From: Torpedo marmorata
Taxonomy: Eukaryota
Length of the DNA: 64,000 nt
Assembly (NCBI GenBank): GCA_977017645.1
Contig: OZ360223.1
Location: forward strand, 209,374,001 to 209,438,000
Direction: 5' to 3'
The notes below the pieces were generated by a model. The model made no database searches. It saw only the letters and a list, made by a program, of their open reading frames with translations, and was not told where the DNA came from. The position numbers and the translations under genes are program-made. Positions 12,643-25,789 of this stretch are shown one piece after another (positions within the stretch are counted from its first letter, which is position 1; every line of letters begins with the position of its first letter).

Positions 12643-13291
12643 CACATGCATAAACTCACACTGGGTAATTTCCTGTGGCATGGCTCAATATGAGCCACAG
12701 GATTGTCCAGTACAGATGCCAGCATGAAAGTGATGGGTAAGATTTAAAAGGACCAAGTGTTACAGCATGTAATTGTGGCACATGCAAGAAGAGACTTTGA
12801 AAACATTATTTATTGACAGATAGACAGGAGCAGGATACTGGTTGCAGTTTGTCTGTTCTTGTGTAATACACAAATTTATTATCAGGGAAATTTAGGGAGA
12901 ACTCCATCCTGTGCCAATCCTGCACTTCACTTATCCCTCTTGACAGCCCCACGCTTGGAGATGCTTGCTGTTGAAATGGCAAAGTCTCATTTTCCAGTCA
13001 TTGACATCCTCCAGTAACAAACAAACAACAAGAGGAATTCAGCTGGTCAGGCAGCATCTGTGGAGCCAGAGGAATGATCATCATTTTGGGTCAACCATCC
13101 CTCTGCCTCCACAGATGTGGCCTGACTCCCTGTTTTTTTCTTTAAGGTCCAGATGAAAGAAACTGCGATCCCTTGTGTCTCCATTGACATCCTTTACCCT
13201 GACATTGCGTGTCTGCGTGGGTTTTCTCCGGGGGCTCTGGTTTCCTCCCACCGTTCAAAACGTACCGGGAGTGTAGGTTAATGGGGTGTAA

Positions 13292-14523
13292 GTAAAACAC
13301 GAAAATGCTGGAGAAACTCAGCAGGTCAAACAGTGACTTTTATGTAGCAAAGGTAGAAATACATAACCAACGTTTCGGGCTTGAGCCCTTCATCAAAGTA
13401 TGAGAAAATGACGGCAGGCGTCCGAACAAAAGAATGAGGGGGGGAAGGGGGAGTGGCAAAGGCAAGAGATGATAGGTGGAGAAAGGAGGGAGGGGACAGC
13501 AGCAAAGAGGGGGAGGAGGGATGGCTGGGTGGGTGGAAAAAAACAGGAAGGACAGGTGAGGGGGGAGGGGAAGGAAAAGACAAGCAGGTTTAGTGGAAAG
13601 CAGAAAAGTCAATGTTAATGCCATCTGGCTGGAGAGTGCCCAGACGGAAAATAAGATGTTGTTCCTCCAATTTGCGGGTAGTCTGGGTGGGATAGTACAT
13701 AAGGCCATGGACAGACATGTGAGTGTGGGAGTGTGACTCGGAATTGAAATGGCTGGCTACTGGGAGGTCGCTGTTGTTGAGGACGGAGAGGAGGTGCTCA
13801 GCAAAGTGATCTCCCAATCTACGACCGGTCTCTCCGATGTAGAGAAAGCCACAAAGGGAGCACCGGATGCAGTAAATAAGTTCTCTGGATGTACAAGTGA
13901 AGTGTAGTTTCACTTGAAAGGCCTGTTTGGGGCCCCAGACCGTGGTGAGGGGGGAGGTGTGGGCGCAGGTGTTGCACCTCCTGCGGGCACAGGGGAAGGT
14001 GCCGGGGGTGCGATGGGTGGGGAGGGATGAGTGCACGAGAGAATCACGGAGGGAGCGGTCCCTGCGGAAGGCCGAGAGGGGAGGAGAAGGAAAAATGTGT
14101 CTGGTGGTGGGATCCTGTAGTAAGTGCCGGAAATTCCGGCGGATAATGTGTTGGATGCGGAGGCTGGTGGGGTGGTAGGTGAGGATGAGGGGGATTCTAT
14201 GTTTCTTGCGTCTGGGGGCAGAGGGGGCCAGGGCAGATGAGCGGGAAATGGAGGAGATGCGGGTGAGGGCTGAGGTGATGGTGGTGGAGGGAAGCCACGT
14301 TTGTGGAAGAAGGCAGACATTTCAGAAGATCTGGACTGGAAGACCTCATCTTGGGAACAGATGTGGCGGAGACGGATAAATTGAGAGAAGTGGATGGAAT
14401 CCTTGCAGGGGACAGGGTGTGAGGAAGTGTAGTCCAGATAGTTGTGGGAGTTGGAGGGTTTGTAGTAAATGTTGGTGGAAAGCTTGTCTCCTGAGATGGA
14501 GACAGAGAGTTCCAGGTAGGGGA
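13292..14523 (-). mobile_element. 5'-truncated Penelope-like element, same family as 8300-11732, inserted in a V-SINE
   Basis: ORFs 13590-14036 and 13340-13708 are near-identical to those of the + copy. Flanked by direct repeat GGTGTAA (13285-13291, 14524-14530). Confidence 0.92.
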
Positions 14524-17500
14524 GGTGTAAATTGGGCGGCACTGCCTGTTACCGTGCTGTATGTCTAAAAAAAAAATTTCAATTGCAAAAGGATGATTTA
14601 AGGAAAGCTTTTCTGAATAAGTCAGTTGTTGCCACCATTTAGTGGGTTTGAAAGAAAACCATTTCAAAGCAGTAATTTAACATCACTGAAAAAAAAAACA
14701 CAATTAAGGTCTGGGAATGCATGGAGTGTATTAAAGGGCACAGATTGCAAGATTATTTTTTTATTTTTAGAATGTTGAAGGATACCCTGTGTGGTCTAAC
14801 AGAAAAGGATACACTATTTTTCAAAAAGCACCAGTCTGTTCAATCTGCTATGGCTATGACAAAGGCATTTTTTTAAACCAGTAAACTCCATCTGGCAAAC
14901 CCTTTGAACATTCAAGCATTTTATTTCACTTTTATTTTGCTTCTGGGTGTTTGTTTCTTCATGCTAGTTCTATCAATTTGTGCCTCTGATGCTCTTCAAG
15001 TGATACAATTATCATACGTGCCAATGACTTCAGAGTTTGCTGAGTTCATGATCTCAGGCAAGCAAAATTATTTCCTCAAAAACAGTAAAATTAAAAGGTG
15101 CCATCAGAGGTCCATTTTGATGCTAATAGCAATGGAAATATCCATGTTACACCCAAGTGATAATGTTGCTCGCACTGGACTTGTTGAGTGTTAAAGATTA
15201 ATAAAAATGAAGTATTATCTGTAGTTACATCATGAATTTATTATATGGTAAGTTCTCCCAAGATATGGCTTTAATTCTGCTTGTAAATAAAACTATCTGA
15301 TATTTGTAATCACTACTATCATAATATGAAAGGAAACGGATAGGTTCTTTTTTTTAATCCCTTAAGAAGAAGGTGGCCTAACGGCCAAACAGATTTGTCT
15401 ATTGAGGTTAATTTACTTGATATTTTACTTGAAATAATTGAGAAAGGGATGGGATGGTCCCCGAGACCCTCAAAGACATCCTCTTTTAATGCAAAGCTAC
15501 ACGGATTCACTTCTGAAACCCTGTCCATTATCTGTCAACAACATAGGTTCAAAAAAATAGTTTAAGCCTCTTGGGAGACTTGGGTCAAGAGTTTCAAAGA
15601 TTGAGCATTTCTAGCTAGCAGAAGCTTCAGAGGATACTAACCACACTCATTAACTGTATGAGCTCAGAGAAGCTGTGTAGAATGAGCATATCGTCCTAAT
15701 GTCAAACCAGAGTGCATAAAGCTAGCCAGCTGTCAGGTGCATTTGCCATGTTGTTAACAAACCTGTGTATAATTGGTCGACAGCTTTAAGGACAATCTTG
15801 CATACTTTTTAAAATCAAGCAACATGTTTGCATCATACACTTTTACAGTTTACTTTGTTTCCCTGATAACACTGAATGTACATACGATTATGATTCAGGA
15901 CATGGATACAAAAGGTAATAGGAGTTTGACTGAAGGGGAAAGGTTATGAAGCTAAACACAATATGCTGGAGGAACTCAGCAGGTCGAGCAGCATCAGTGG
16001 GAGAATAAGGATTGGTCAATGTTTCGAGCTGAAACCCATCATGACTTCATCCATTCTTTTTCTCTCATTGATCCTGCTCCACCATTGAATTCCTCTAGCA
16101 CATTGTGTTTAGCCTCAGATTCTGGCAATTGCTGTCTCATGTGTGTCTAGAGCAAGATTATGGTAGTTGGTTGGAGGAAGAGGTTCCCACTGTCAGTTTA
16201 GGCATTCCAGATGTTGTCACTGTATTTGCCTCATCTGGACACCAACCAAACAAAGCCAAGTTTGATCTGCTAGCAAGTATAATGCAGTGAAGAGAAGAGG
16301 ATACATGTACTTACATTTGGAGGGGGTTGGGGGGGGGGGGAAGAGAGAGAGAGAGAGAGAATGATAAAAAATTAATGGTATATTTTGGAAGAAAACATAA
16401 AAATACAGATTCATTTTAGCAAAGGTATAATAAAAGAATCCTAATCTTCAACATTGTAAAGAGATTCCAGTGAGTGTCTTCAATTACAGGGCTACGGTAG
16501 GATAATGATCCAACCTCATGTATGTTCTTGGTAAAGTGTTGGGTGTTTGGCAGTGTGATTCTGCGGAAATGTAAACACACCTTGTCATTCAATCTCACAA
16601 ATGCAATCAACCCAAACCCTGGAGGCATGAGGATGTAATGTGAGTAGGTTTATTCGGGAAAGAAAAAAGCATTGTTGTATTTCCTGCTCTCCCTTCCCCT
16701 TTCCTTCTCCCTCCCCCTCCCACACTCCCTCTAATTCAGCCCTGAAGGCAATTCAACTCTTCAGAGAAAATTTCTGTCTTCCATACTCAAGAGAGTTGGA
16801 TGGCAACTGTGTTTTCACTGGTGAATGTCTCAATACAATGCTGTTCACTGGTACAAGAGGGCACCGCCAAGCCCATATAGGGAAGGTCTCAGACAAAGGA
16901 GGAACTGACACATTTTCAGCAGTCGGCCACATGGAAAAAAATACTAAGAACACTTTGAAGAAGATTGAACGTGTTGACAAGGATATGTACTTGATATGTA
17001 ACACTCAAATCTCTCAACAATTATCAGCAAACATATCGTAGAGCTGTCAGTTGCAAGGGATTAGTTCATTCTCCTTTGAAGCTGATTTAAAATTGAAATG
17101 CAGGCCTTTAAATTCAGATCTATGTCAGCAAGATGTCACGAATCATACATCTGATCTGTGAACAAATGGATCCTTGAAAGAAGCAGAGCAAATTTTTATG
17201 CCTCCAAGAAGATGAAAAGGGTTTCCAAACCATACAAGGGTTTACAAGCCTTTAGCAGGCGCAATTTTTCTGTGATGGCTGCATTTGAAAATTAAGGCAT
17301 CTATACCAATCATCAGATCAAGGAAAACATAAACACATCTGAGTGCAACTCTGCAGAAATAAAGATTTTTTAAAAAGAAGGCAAAATGCCTTTTGATTTG
17401 TAAACTCTCTGAACAGTCTGTGTTGTGACCCTGTTTTTGTTTTCCTTTGCAGCAGACGTTTGGTCATCAGCAGGTTAAAGAACATTCATTTCCTTTCTTG

Positions 17501-17759
17501 GAACTTACCCCATGAAACACTAGACAATTAGAATATGTCACAAAGTAACTGCAGTGTACTTTCCCAGAGTAACAGAGTCCCTACAGCATGGAAACAGGCT
17601 CCTTTGACCCACCAAGCAGGCTTCAACCATCAAGCGCCATTTATACTAACCTTACATTAATCTAGTTTATTCTACCTGTATTTACATTAACTCCAGATTC
17701 TATCACACACCTAAACACCAGGGGAAAATAAAAATTTTTAATATAAAATTTAAATTTAA

Positions 17760-18010
17760 AAAAAATTTAGACTTACAGCACAGTAACAGACCATTTCGGC
17801 CCACGAGTCCGTGCTGCCCAATTTACACCCAATTAACCTACGCCCCCGGTACGTTTCAAACGGTGGGACGAAACCGGAGCCCCCAGGGAAAACCCATGCA
17901 GACATGGGGAGAACGTACAAATTCCTTAGACAGCGCGGGATTCGAACCCCAGTCCCGGTCGCTGGCGCTGTAAAGGCGCTGTGCTAACCGCTACGCCAAC
18001 CGTGCCGCCC
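17760..18010 (-). mobile_element. V-SINE (HE1-like); an older V-SINE remnant follows to about 18200
   Basis: Same family; intact tRNA-like head (ggttcgaatcc on the minus strand). Confidence 0.85.
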
Positions 18011-18399
18011 AATTAACAGTGGCCAATTAATCTATTAGCCCACGCGTCTTTGGGATTTGGGAGGAAACTGGAGCACCCAGAAGAAACCCGCAGAGTCAGA
18101 GAGAACATGCAAACTCTGGACAGATAGCACCAGAAATCAGGATTGAACTTCGCTCTCTGGAGGCAACTACTCTACTATCGCGATGCTGTGCCTCCCACAG
18201 CTGAGCGACTGTCTCATCCTGAAATTTGCTGTGAATGCATTTGAGGTCAACAAATCATATGGGAAAAAATATTATAAAGGATGCTTTCTGTGCAATTTCT
18301 CTCAGGGAAGGAATTGGACTATTAGAAAGTGCATTGAAATTTCCTGTCATCACACATCACTTTGTCTGTCAGAGCTGTGAGAGATAATTTAAATTTAAT

Positions 18400-18663
18400 T
18401 TTTTAAAATTTTTAAATTTAGACATACAGCATAGTGACAGGCCCTTTCAGCCCACAAGCCCGTGCCACCCAATTACACCCAATTAACCTATGACCCCAGT
18501 ACGTTTTGAAGGGTGCGAGGAAACCGAAACACCAGAAGGAAACCCACACAGACACGGGGAGAACCTACAAACTCCTTACAGTCAGCGCAGGATTCAAACC
18601 CTGGTCCTGATCGCTGGCGCTGTAACAGCATTGCGCTAACTGCTACACTAATCGTGCTGCCCT
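18400..18663 (-). mobile_element. V-SINE (HE1-like)
   Basis: Same family. Confidence 0.85.
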
Positions 18664-18833
18664 TTTGTAAGGCCAAACTCTGTGAAATGGAAAAGGCATT
18701 ACTAAATCAAATGCGTACCTAATCCATTGATTTTTGGAGCATGATACTTTCTAATGGAAATGATAACTGTCTGTTGTTTAGATGGAATAAGAAAATGAAA
18801 AGATATTTTTTTTAAATATAAATATATAAACTC

Positions 18834-19440
18834 AGTGAAGAAGGCATATGTCATGCTTGCCTTCATTGGATGGGGCTTTGAGTCCAAGAGTTGGGACATC
18901 ATGTTACAGCTGTTTAGGATCTTGGTGAGAATGCACCTGGAATATTGTGTGCAGTTCTGGTTGCCATACGATAGGAAGGATGAGAATAAGCTGGAGTGGG
19001 TGCAGAGTTGTTATCGGAACTGAAGGGTTTCCCTTATGAAGAGAGACCAGAACTGGTTTCCCCGAAGTGAAGAAGGCTGAGGAGTAACCTGTTGGAGATT
19101 TATAAAATCATGAGGGACATAGTTAAGGTGGACGGTCACAGTCTTTTTCTCAAGGTAGGAGAGTCTAAAATCAGAAGCTATAGGTTCAAGGTGAGAGGGG
19201 AATGATTTAAAGGGGATCTGAGAGGCAAGCAGGGCGGTGAGTGCATGGAACGAGTTGCCAGAGAAAGTGGTAGAGGCCGATACAATTAGAACATTGAAAA
19301 GACATATCGACAGGAAAGGTTTAGAGGGATATGGGCCAAATGTAAGTAAAAGGGACCAACTGAATAAATCACCTTGGTCAGCATAGATGAGTTGGGCCAA
19401 ATAGCCTGCTTCCGTGCTACATAGATATGACTATGACTCT
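18834..19440 (+). mobile_element. Degraded CR1 3' fragment
   Basis: KKAY..LAFI..LVRMHLEYCVQFW; homologous to 54715-55400; ends in ctatga repeats. Confidence 0.85.
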
Positions 19441-20543
19441 ACAAGTCATCATAAGTGAATAAAGTATGCCACCCACAAATTTATTCAGATAGTCAAAACA
19501 CATTATAATTAAATCTGGGAATTTAAACACCACACATACATAGAAAACACCATTCTCTATATTTAGATGGGAGCTGGACCAGTGCCAGGTGGAAATAAAG
19601 GGTGTCTCTGTAACTCCTGTTTACACTGAAGACTTCTCTCACAAAGTAGTTCTTCTTTCCTAACTTCATTCTGTGTAGGCAGGTTGCCTACCTTTTGTTC
19701 TTTTTTTCTCTGCGCTTCCTTTCTTTATAACCAGGTTCAGAACTGTGTTTCTCCAGTTTTGGCCTCTGGTGTATTCCACCATTTCCTTCGACTCATTGGC
19801 CTCTAAGTCTGTAGTTCAATAACTCCCTCCATAAATATTTCTCTCCCACCACCCCCCCCCCCCCACCTCACCCAACTCTTTAAGAAACGTGTTAAGACCC
19901 GTTTGCTTGACCAAGCCTTTTCTAATATTACTTCTTTTGTTTCAGTCTAACACTGTAAAAGTCCCCTTTTGTGAACCACCCTGGTATGTTTTATTATGTT
20001 GAAAGTGCTATATAATTGCAAGCTGTTGCTGCTGCTCTGGGATGAACAACACTGTGGGAAGTAGTAAATGCTATTTCAATTACCCTATGACGGTGCCACT
20101 GGAACGCGGGCTAGTCATGGAATGAGCATGTTATCCTTGTGAAGAACCAAGGCCTTTTCATCTTGATTTCATTCAGTGTGTGTGCACCTTTTATCCCAAA
20201 TCCTGGTTTTCACTTAATGCGAGCTTTGACTGTTTATCTCACCCATATTAGATGCTTTTACATTAAGCGTACTGGTTCTAGAAGAGAAGGTCTTTTTCTA
20301 TTTTCAACAAGTTACACTCTCTCTCACACTGTAGGAGATTATAGCAGTTAAATGTGTCACTTCACCAGGACCACGAAAAAGTAAGACTCAATTGCTGCCT
20401 GAAAAGGTAAATCAGTTGATTTATCGCGTTGACAAAGAAGTAGATACAGTTTTACAACATGGAAAGCATGTTTTTTTTCCCTACTATATCCACCCCCTTC
20501 TCCAATTTATCCAGCAAAAATGATCCATAACCCGACTTTATCA

Positions 20544-20552
20544 GACCACCCA
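20544..20552 (+). promoter_or_regulatory. Consensus GLI-binding motif GACCACCCA (intron 15)
   Basis: Exact consensus in non-repeat sequence of a Hedgehog target gene; function untested. Confidence 0.4.
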
Positions 20553-22457
20553 CATTGCTGCATGTGCATTTACACAAATATTGTTTCAATTGCATTGCTA
20601 ACACAGGCACTCTTGATGCTATTGCATAGCCATTTAATCTCTGTAGATTTTTCATCATTAAAGGGACATCAGAATAGGGACCATTTTCTATCCATTATCC
20701 ACATTTAGGTTTTCAATCCAATTCCTATTGTAATAAAAATGTTACTTTATATCATTGGAGTCAGAACTATCTCGACATAGCATCTTAGTAACACTGAAAC
20801 TCTTCAAGTTATGCCCTCAAATGACTCTTACTAATTATTACCATAACTAAAGTGGTTTTTTTTTGTAGAATCATGACGTAATTCCCTTGTCATTTGTGCC
20901 TGCCTCAATCTTTTTAAAACAACGCATGCTACATGGAAAACCACATCTCCAAAGTTTGAGATACAGCAGATCATGTACAGGCCTCAGAACAAACAACTTG
21001 CATTTAAATAGAAAACATTCCAGACATTTTATGGGCAAGGTGGAGAAATTGATATGATTGAGCAGAGTGCACATGAATTCTAAACGAAATGCAGGGGAGC
21101 TAACGAGAGAGAAAAAAAAAACTATGTATAAAAGTACTACAGCATTGGTTGAAGAATAAGATGGCATTTGGCACAGTTTTCCTGGCATTTTTTTTATAAC
21201 AAATTTAAAGGACATGTATTCTCAGTAATTTATTAGCCAACAAATGCAATAACTTTGGAGAAATTACAGTGTTGGTCAGAGTTTGTAGGTTATGTGCAAT
21301 TGCCCCTATAGCCTTGGTTAACTATATTAGAATAATCCATATGGTAGTTATGACTGGGATGACAGGTTGAGAGAGAATATAATCGCAGGCATTGGTTTGT
21401 GCTGGAAAGTTCGGTTGTGATTAGTATTTCTTTTACAAGTTAATCCACTGGGGAAACATTTACAGCTTTTGTTCACATGAATTAGAAACTCAGGGTACAT
21501 GTATTTCTAACCCCCCCCCCCCATGAGGAATTACAAGTTTGGGTTGATTAACTGCAATGGGATCATTTATGATTGCCTCCTTTACCTTTCAAGGAAATGT
21601 GTGGCCTTTCAATATGGCATTGTTAAAAACCCTCTGACAATTAAACAGCCAATGTCACAAGCAACAAACTTGCTCTTATTTTATCAACTTAAAATCTGGA
21701 CAAATAGGGGCAAATGTGTAGGATGCAAATACAGATGATAGGAACCAGAGTGAAATTTCGATAAGAAAAATGACCTGAAATGAAATTAAATGTGCAGTTC
21801 TGAGTATGGAATATAATTAACTGAAATCATGAAAATAATTACCCTGATTGGCAAGTTAATTCCAGATTCCTCACATCATTAAGGAAGTATCACCATCTAC
21901 ATATAAAATTATGCTGTTCTGCTACTGCATCAGCAATATGAGAACACAAGGCATCAAACAATTCATATTGTATCTAGCTTAATTGCAATAAATCTTCACA
22001 GGATTCTAATAGTTCTGTGCAATATATAGCCTATGGCTATGGTTTGCCACAAGAAAAAGTTGTCTCAATGTGCTTTACATAATTTGATTACTTTGAAGTA
22101 CTGTGACTGTCACTTGGGTGCACAAGGCCTCAAAGTATACATTCTGATGCTATTTTTCAGAACCCGAGACCCCACTTCAAGTACCCCGTGCAGTGTTTTA
22201 ATTAACAGATGTTAAATTCAAAAGCTCATGTCATCAAAAATATGGCAAAGGATATACAAACAAGATTAGGAGCAGATTATTATAGAGTTGGTGCAGTATC
22301 TTTAACTCTGAACTACCAATGGAGGTCTCTTTCAAGTTTCTGCATTTCACCTTCAGATGCTCAAACTTTGTTTTTTGTCCAGCAAACTTTTACATACTTT
22401 ACTGCTTACAATTAAATTGTGTATGAAAAATATGAAAGGAAGGCTTTGAAATCTTAC

Positions 22458-22770
22458 CTCTTAGCCAGTCCTGAATATAATGCAACCACATTTTTGGCAA
22501 CTCTTTATTCTCTTCACGAACAATGTATTTGATACCATTGAAACTTCTGTGCAAGTCATACAGCAACTTCTGGGATGCAGCATAATCAAACCCTCCCATG
22601 GAGATAATGTACATGTTGTAGAATGAGAAATACTTGAACTGAGCTTCAATGAAATTGTACTCCTTGGTCTCACGAGGCACAATGTCTGTAAGGTACAGTC
22701 CATCATGAACCATGGTAGTTCCATAAAGACTCATCCCAAGCAAGGCCATGAAGAGGATTAACACGACAAT
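22458..22770 (-). CDS. PTCH2: Patched 2 coding exon (exon 15 homolog, 313 bp)
   Basis: [54 protein letters not shown]...[14 protein letters not shown]; tctag acceptor, gtaag donor. Confidence 0.95.
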
Positions 22771-23397
22771 CTAGATTGTTAAGTAAAACATAAATGAATT
22801 AATAAATATATAGCATTTCAGCGTAAAATACATGGCATTTATCTTGAACAATATACGGTAGTTGTTTTTGAAAACAAAAGTGATAACATTTTTACACTGC
22901 TGCTGAACTTTTAAAGAGGAGCAAAAGGCTGGGGAGTTTATGAATTGTTTCTTTCAGTGGGTCTTCCTGTAAACCAGCTACAGAGCCAAACAAGTATGAA
23001 TACCTACAAGGTATATGATTTAAAAATCATATTTTTCACTGTTTGGTAGCCAGTCGTGACATACCAGAATTCTTTGTCCTTGAACTTAATTTCTCTAGGG
23101 CAGCAACAAGCATACCATGCCCAGAAGTCATCCAGGATAAAGGAAAGCAAGGAATGAGATTTATAATCAAGGACTGAAAACAAAAGGTCATGGATGGCAG
23201 GACACAAAATGATATTCCTCTGCTCGAGTGGCAGGTGCCTGGTATCAGTGTCCGTCATGGGAAAGTATGCAAAGGGAGGCATGGCTCCAGTTCTCATACT
23301 GCAGGCTGGACATAAATAATAAAGGAGATCAGGGATTAAAATTGTTTTTGAATCTACTCATGAATTGAGAGAGCACCGAATCCTAACCACTGGACCA

Positions 23398-23640
23398 GGG
23401 CAGCACGGTTAGCGCAACACTGTTACAGCGCCAGCGATCGGGACCGGGGTTCGAATCCGGCACTGTCTGTAAGGAGTTTGTATGCTCTCCCCGTGTTTGC
23501 GTGGGTTTCCTCCGGGTGCTCCGGTTTCCTCCCACCCTTCAAAACGTATGGGGGATTGTAGGTCAATTGGGTGTAATTGGGTGGCACGGGCTCAGGGGCC
23601 GAAATGGCCTGGTTCCATGCTGTATGTCTAAATTTTTAAA
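23398..23640 (+). mobile_element. V-SINE (HE1-like)
   Basis: ggttcgaatcc B box; gcgtgggtttcctccgggtgctccggtttcctcccac V domain. Confidence 0.88.
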
Positions 23641-24787
23641 AAATAAAGAAGTGGGCATGCTGTCCACGTCAGCAGTTCTTGCCTGCCCTTAACTGCTCGT
23701 CACCAGACGGTGATGAGGCTCCGAGGCTCCCCTTTGTATCCTGGTGGTACTTGCAGTGAAGGTAGCCCCACAGTGCTGGCAGGGAGGAAGCTTCATCATG
23801 TTGACCCAGCAATAATGAGGAAACTGCAACAGATTTTCAAGTCTGGCTGATGAAGTTTCAGGAAGAGTCATTGGGGAGTGGCAATGGCGTGGCATGGGCC
23901 AAGAAACAGTGCCACCCATGTATAGATGGGTGACGCCATTGCTGCATGCTGCACTGCACTGCAACTATTCTGGTCATACACCTGCCTCTGTAAACATCAG
24001 AAAGGCTCAATGCTTAAACCGGCAGATTGACTTTTGTTCTTCTTACGCTTTTGGGAGTGCAAAGGAAATTGTGGGTTCAAGTGAAAGTCAGTGTGGGCGA
24101 TGGTGGTGGTAAGATGGCCAACAGTTGAGTGGTCTTTCAGGACCTGGAATGGTGTGTAGGATTGACGATCAGGATAAGGGGGGAGCGGTGGGGGGGGGGG
24201 TGGTGGTTGAGGTCGATAGCAAGCATTTGGGGCCCAGCAGAGGCGGAGGTCGTCATAGGGACTGGTGAATCAAGGGTGAGCCAATGGGGAATTTGGGAGA
24301 GGACATAGAGAAATCAGGTCTCCTGAGAACCAGGGCCTTATGAGGATTGGGACCGAAGGAATATTGGGTCAAAGGAGCCTGAGGGATTGGAAGTTTGAGG
24401 CCAAGGTCAACTAAGGTGTTGGGGAGTGAAGGGATTGGTATCATGAGCAAAGCCCCTCCACCAGTGGACAGGTGGTAAATATGTGATTTACCATAGTGGG
24501 TCCCAGTCATGTTGGTGCAGAAAGAAAACACAGTTGTCCTGGAAGTGGATTAATTTTCTTAGCACAGGGAATAATATCACTCATCAGTGAAAGTGTGTCA
24601 GACAAGGAAGTATGACTCACACTGGGAAGGGTCCTGTCAAATTTCTGGAGTGGGGTGAAGCAACCAGGAAATGGTCATTTTTGTGCTTTGTTTCATCTGA
24701 ATTGAAGTGATCGGAGCTATGAGGTTAAATTTCTAGGCTATGATCTTCAGCATAATACAAAGGCAAAACAGTTGGAAAATTGCTTAC

Positions 24788-25193
24788 TTTGGATTCTGTC
24801 TTGAGGAGGAGTGGAGCGTACTTGTCCCGTGCAAAATCTGCCAAGTTCCATTTGACAAAGGGCATCTGAATGCAGTCCCTGCAGGCTTTTGCCTCGTCCA
24901 CCTGGGCCAGTAAGTCCCGAGTTGAACTGGTGGGGTCCATTCCCTGGGAGCCAATGTGCTCTGCTGGAGGCACGATGATCGAAGGAGTTGAAGAGATTTG
25001 AGATGTTGGAGAAATGATGGTGACAATGTGTTGCCCAGTGGGATCGCACTGGGTGAAGGCCTGCACTGTGGTGGTGATCTGGGTGCTGTGGGTAAACGTT
25101 GGCCTTCCGTTCAGTGAAGGGTGATAGTTATGGCTATCATTCGCATCTGCAAACTCTTGCGGTTGGACCTGAATCACTCGAGTTGAGCAGAGA
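24788..25193 (-). CDS. PTCH2: Patched 2 coding exon (exon 14 homolog, 406 bp; cytoplasmic loop)
   Basis: LCSTRVIQVQPQE...PTSSTRDLLAQ...KWNLADFARDKYAPLLLKTESK; ttcag acceptor, gtaag donor; phases fit. Confidence 0.94.
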
Positions 25194-25704
25194 CTGAAAA
25201 ACAAAATATACGTTCCCATGTAATCCATCCTGCACCTACATCAGTGGACATTGTTAAGTGCACTACAACACTGAGAACATTGCCTGCAAACAATTAAGAG
25301 CTGTAACTTTATTGAGGAATTCATTGATCATTCAAAAACTAAACATTAATGGTTTATAACTATCCCCTGAATTAATTCCTGGACAAATTATGGACTTGAA
25401 GTTACTCCCACACAGCCCTTTCATGGTTGAAAACAGCTTTGTCTCCTGTTCATCCCTTCTTGGGAAGGTTATGATGGATGCCAGTGTGTAAAGCGTTTCA
25501 TGTGGTTGACTCATGATGGTGTCCAGACCATGAGATTATTCAAAGCTACAAGAAACTATAGGAGTCATCACGTGCCATTGGTTTAAAAGGCAGGTGTCCC
25601 AAGCAATGTTAAGAGAACTTCCTACTTTGAATGGTTTTGCCATCTCCCCTTATTCAACGATTTAGTCGATGTCAGGGTCTCACCAGGAAGTGAATCTTGT
25701 GAAT

Positions 25705-25789
25705 CTTTTGCCTCGTCCCTCTTGGCCAGTAAGTCCTGATTCGAACTAGTGGGGTCTATTCCCCGGGAGCCAATGTGCTCTACTGGAGG
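25705..25789 (-). repeat. Intronic 85-bp diverged copy of part of PTCH2 exon 14
   Basis: Ungapped match to 24886-24970, 10 mismatches by manual count. Confidence 0.9.

Noticed and set aside
16640-17041. 133-aa plus-strand ORF in intron 15
   Set aside because: No recognisable domain, non-ATG start, consistent with a chance ORF.
23398-23470. tRNA-like sequence with a GGTTCGAATCC box
   Set aside because: It is the head of a multi-copy V-SINE, not a tRNA gene.
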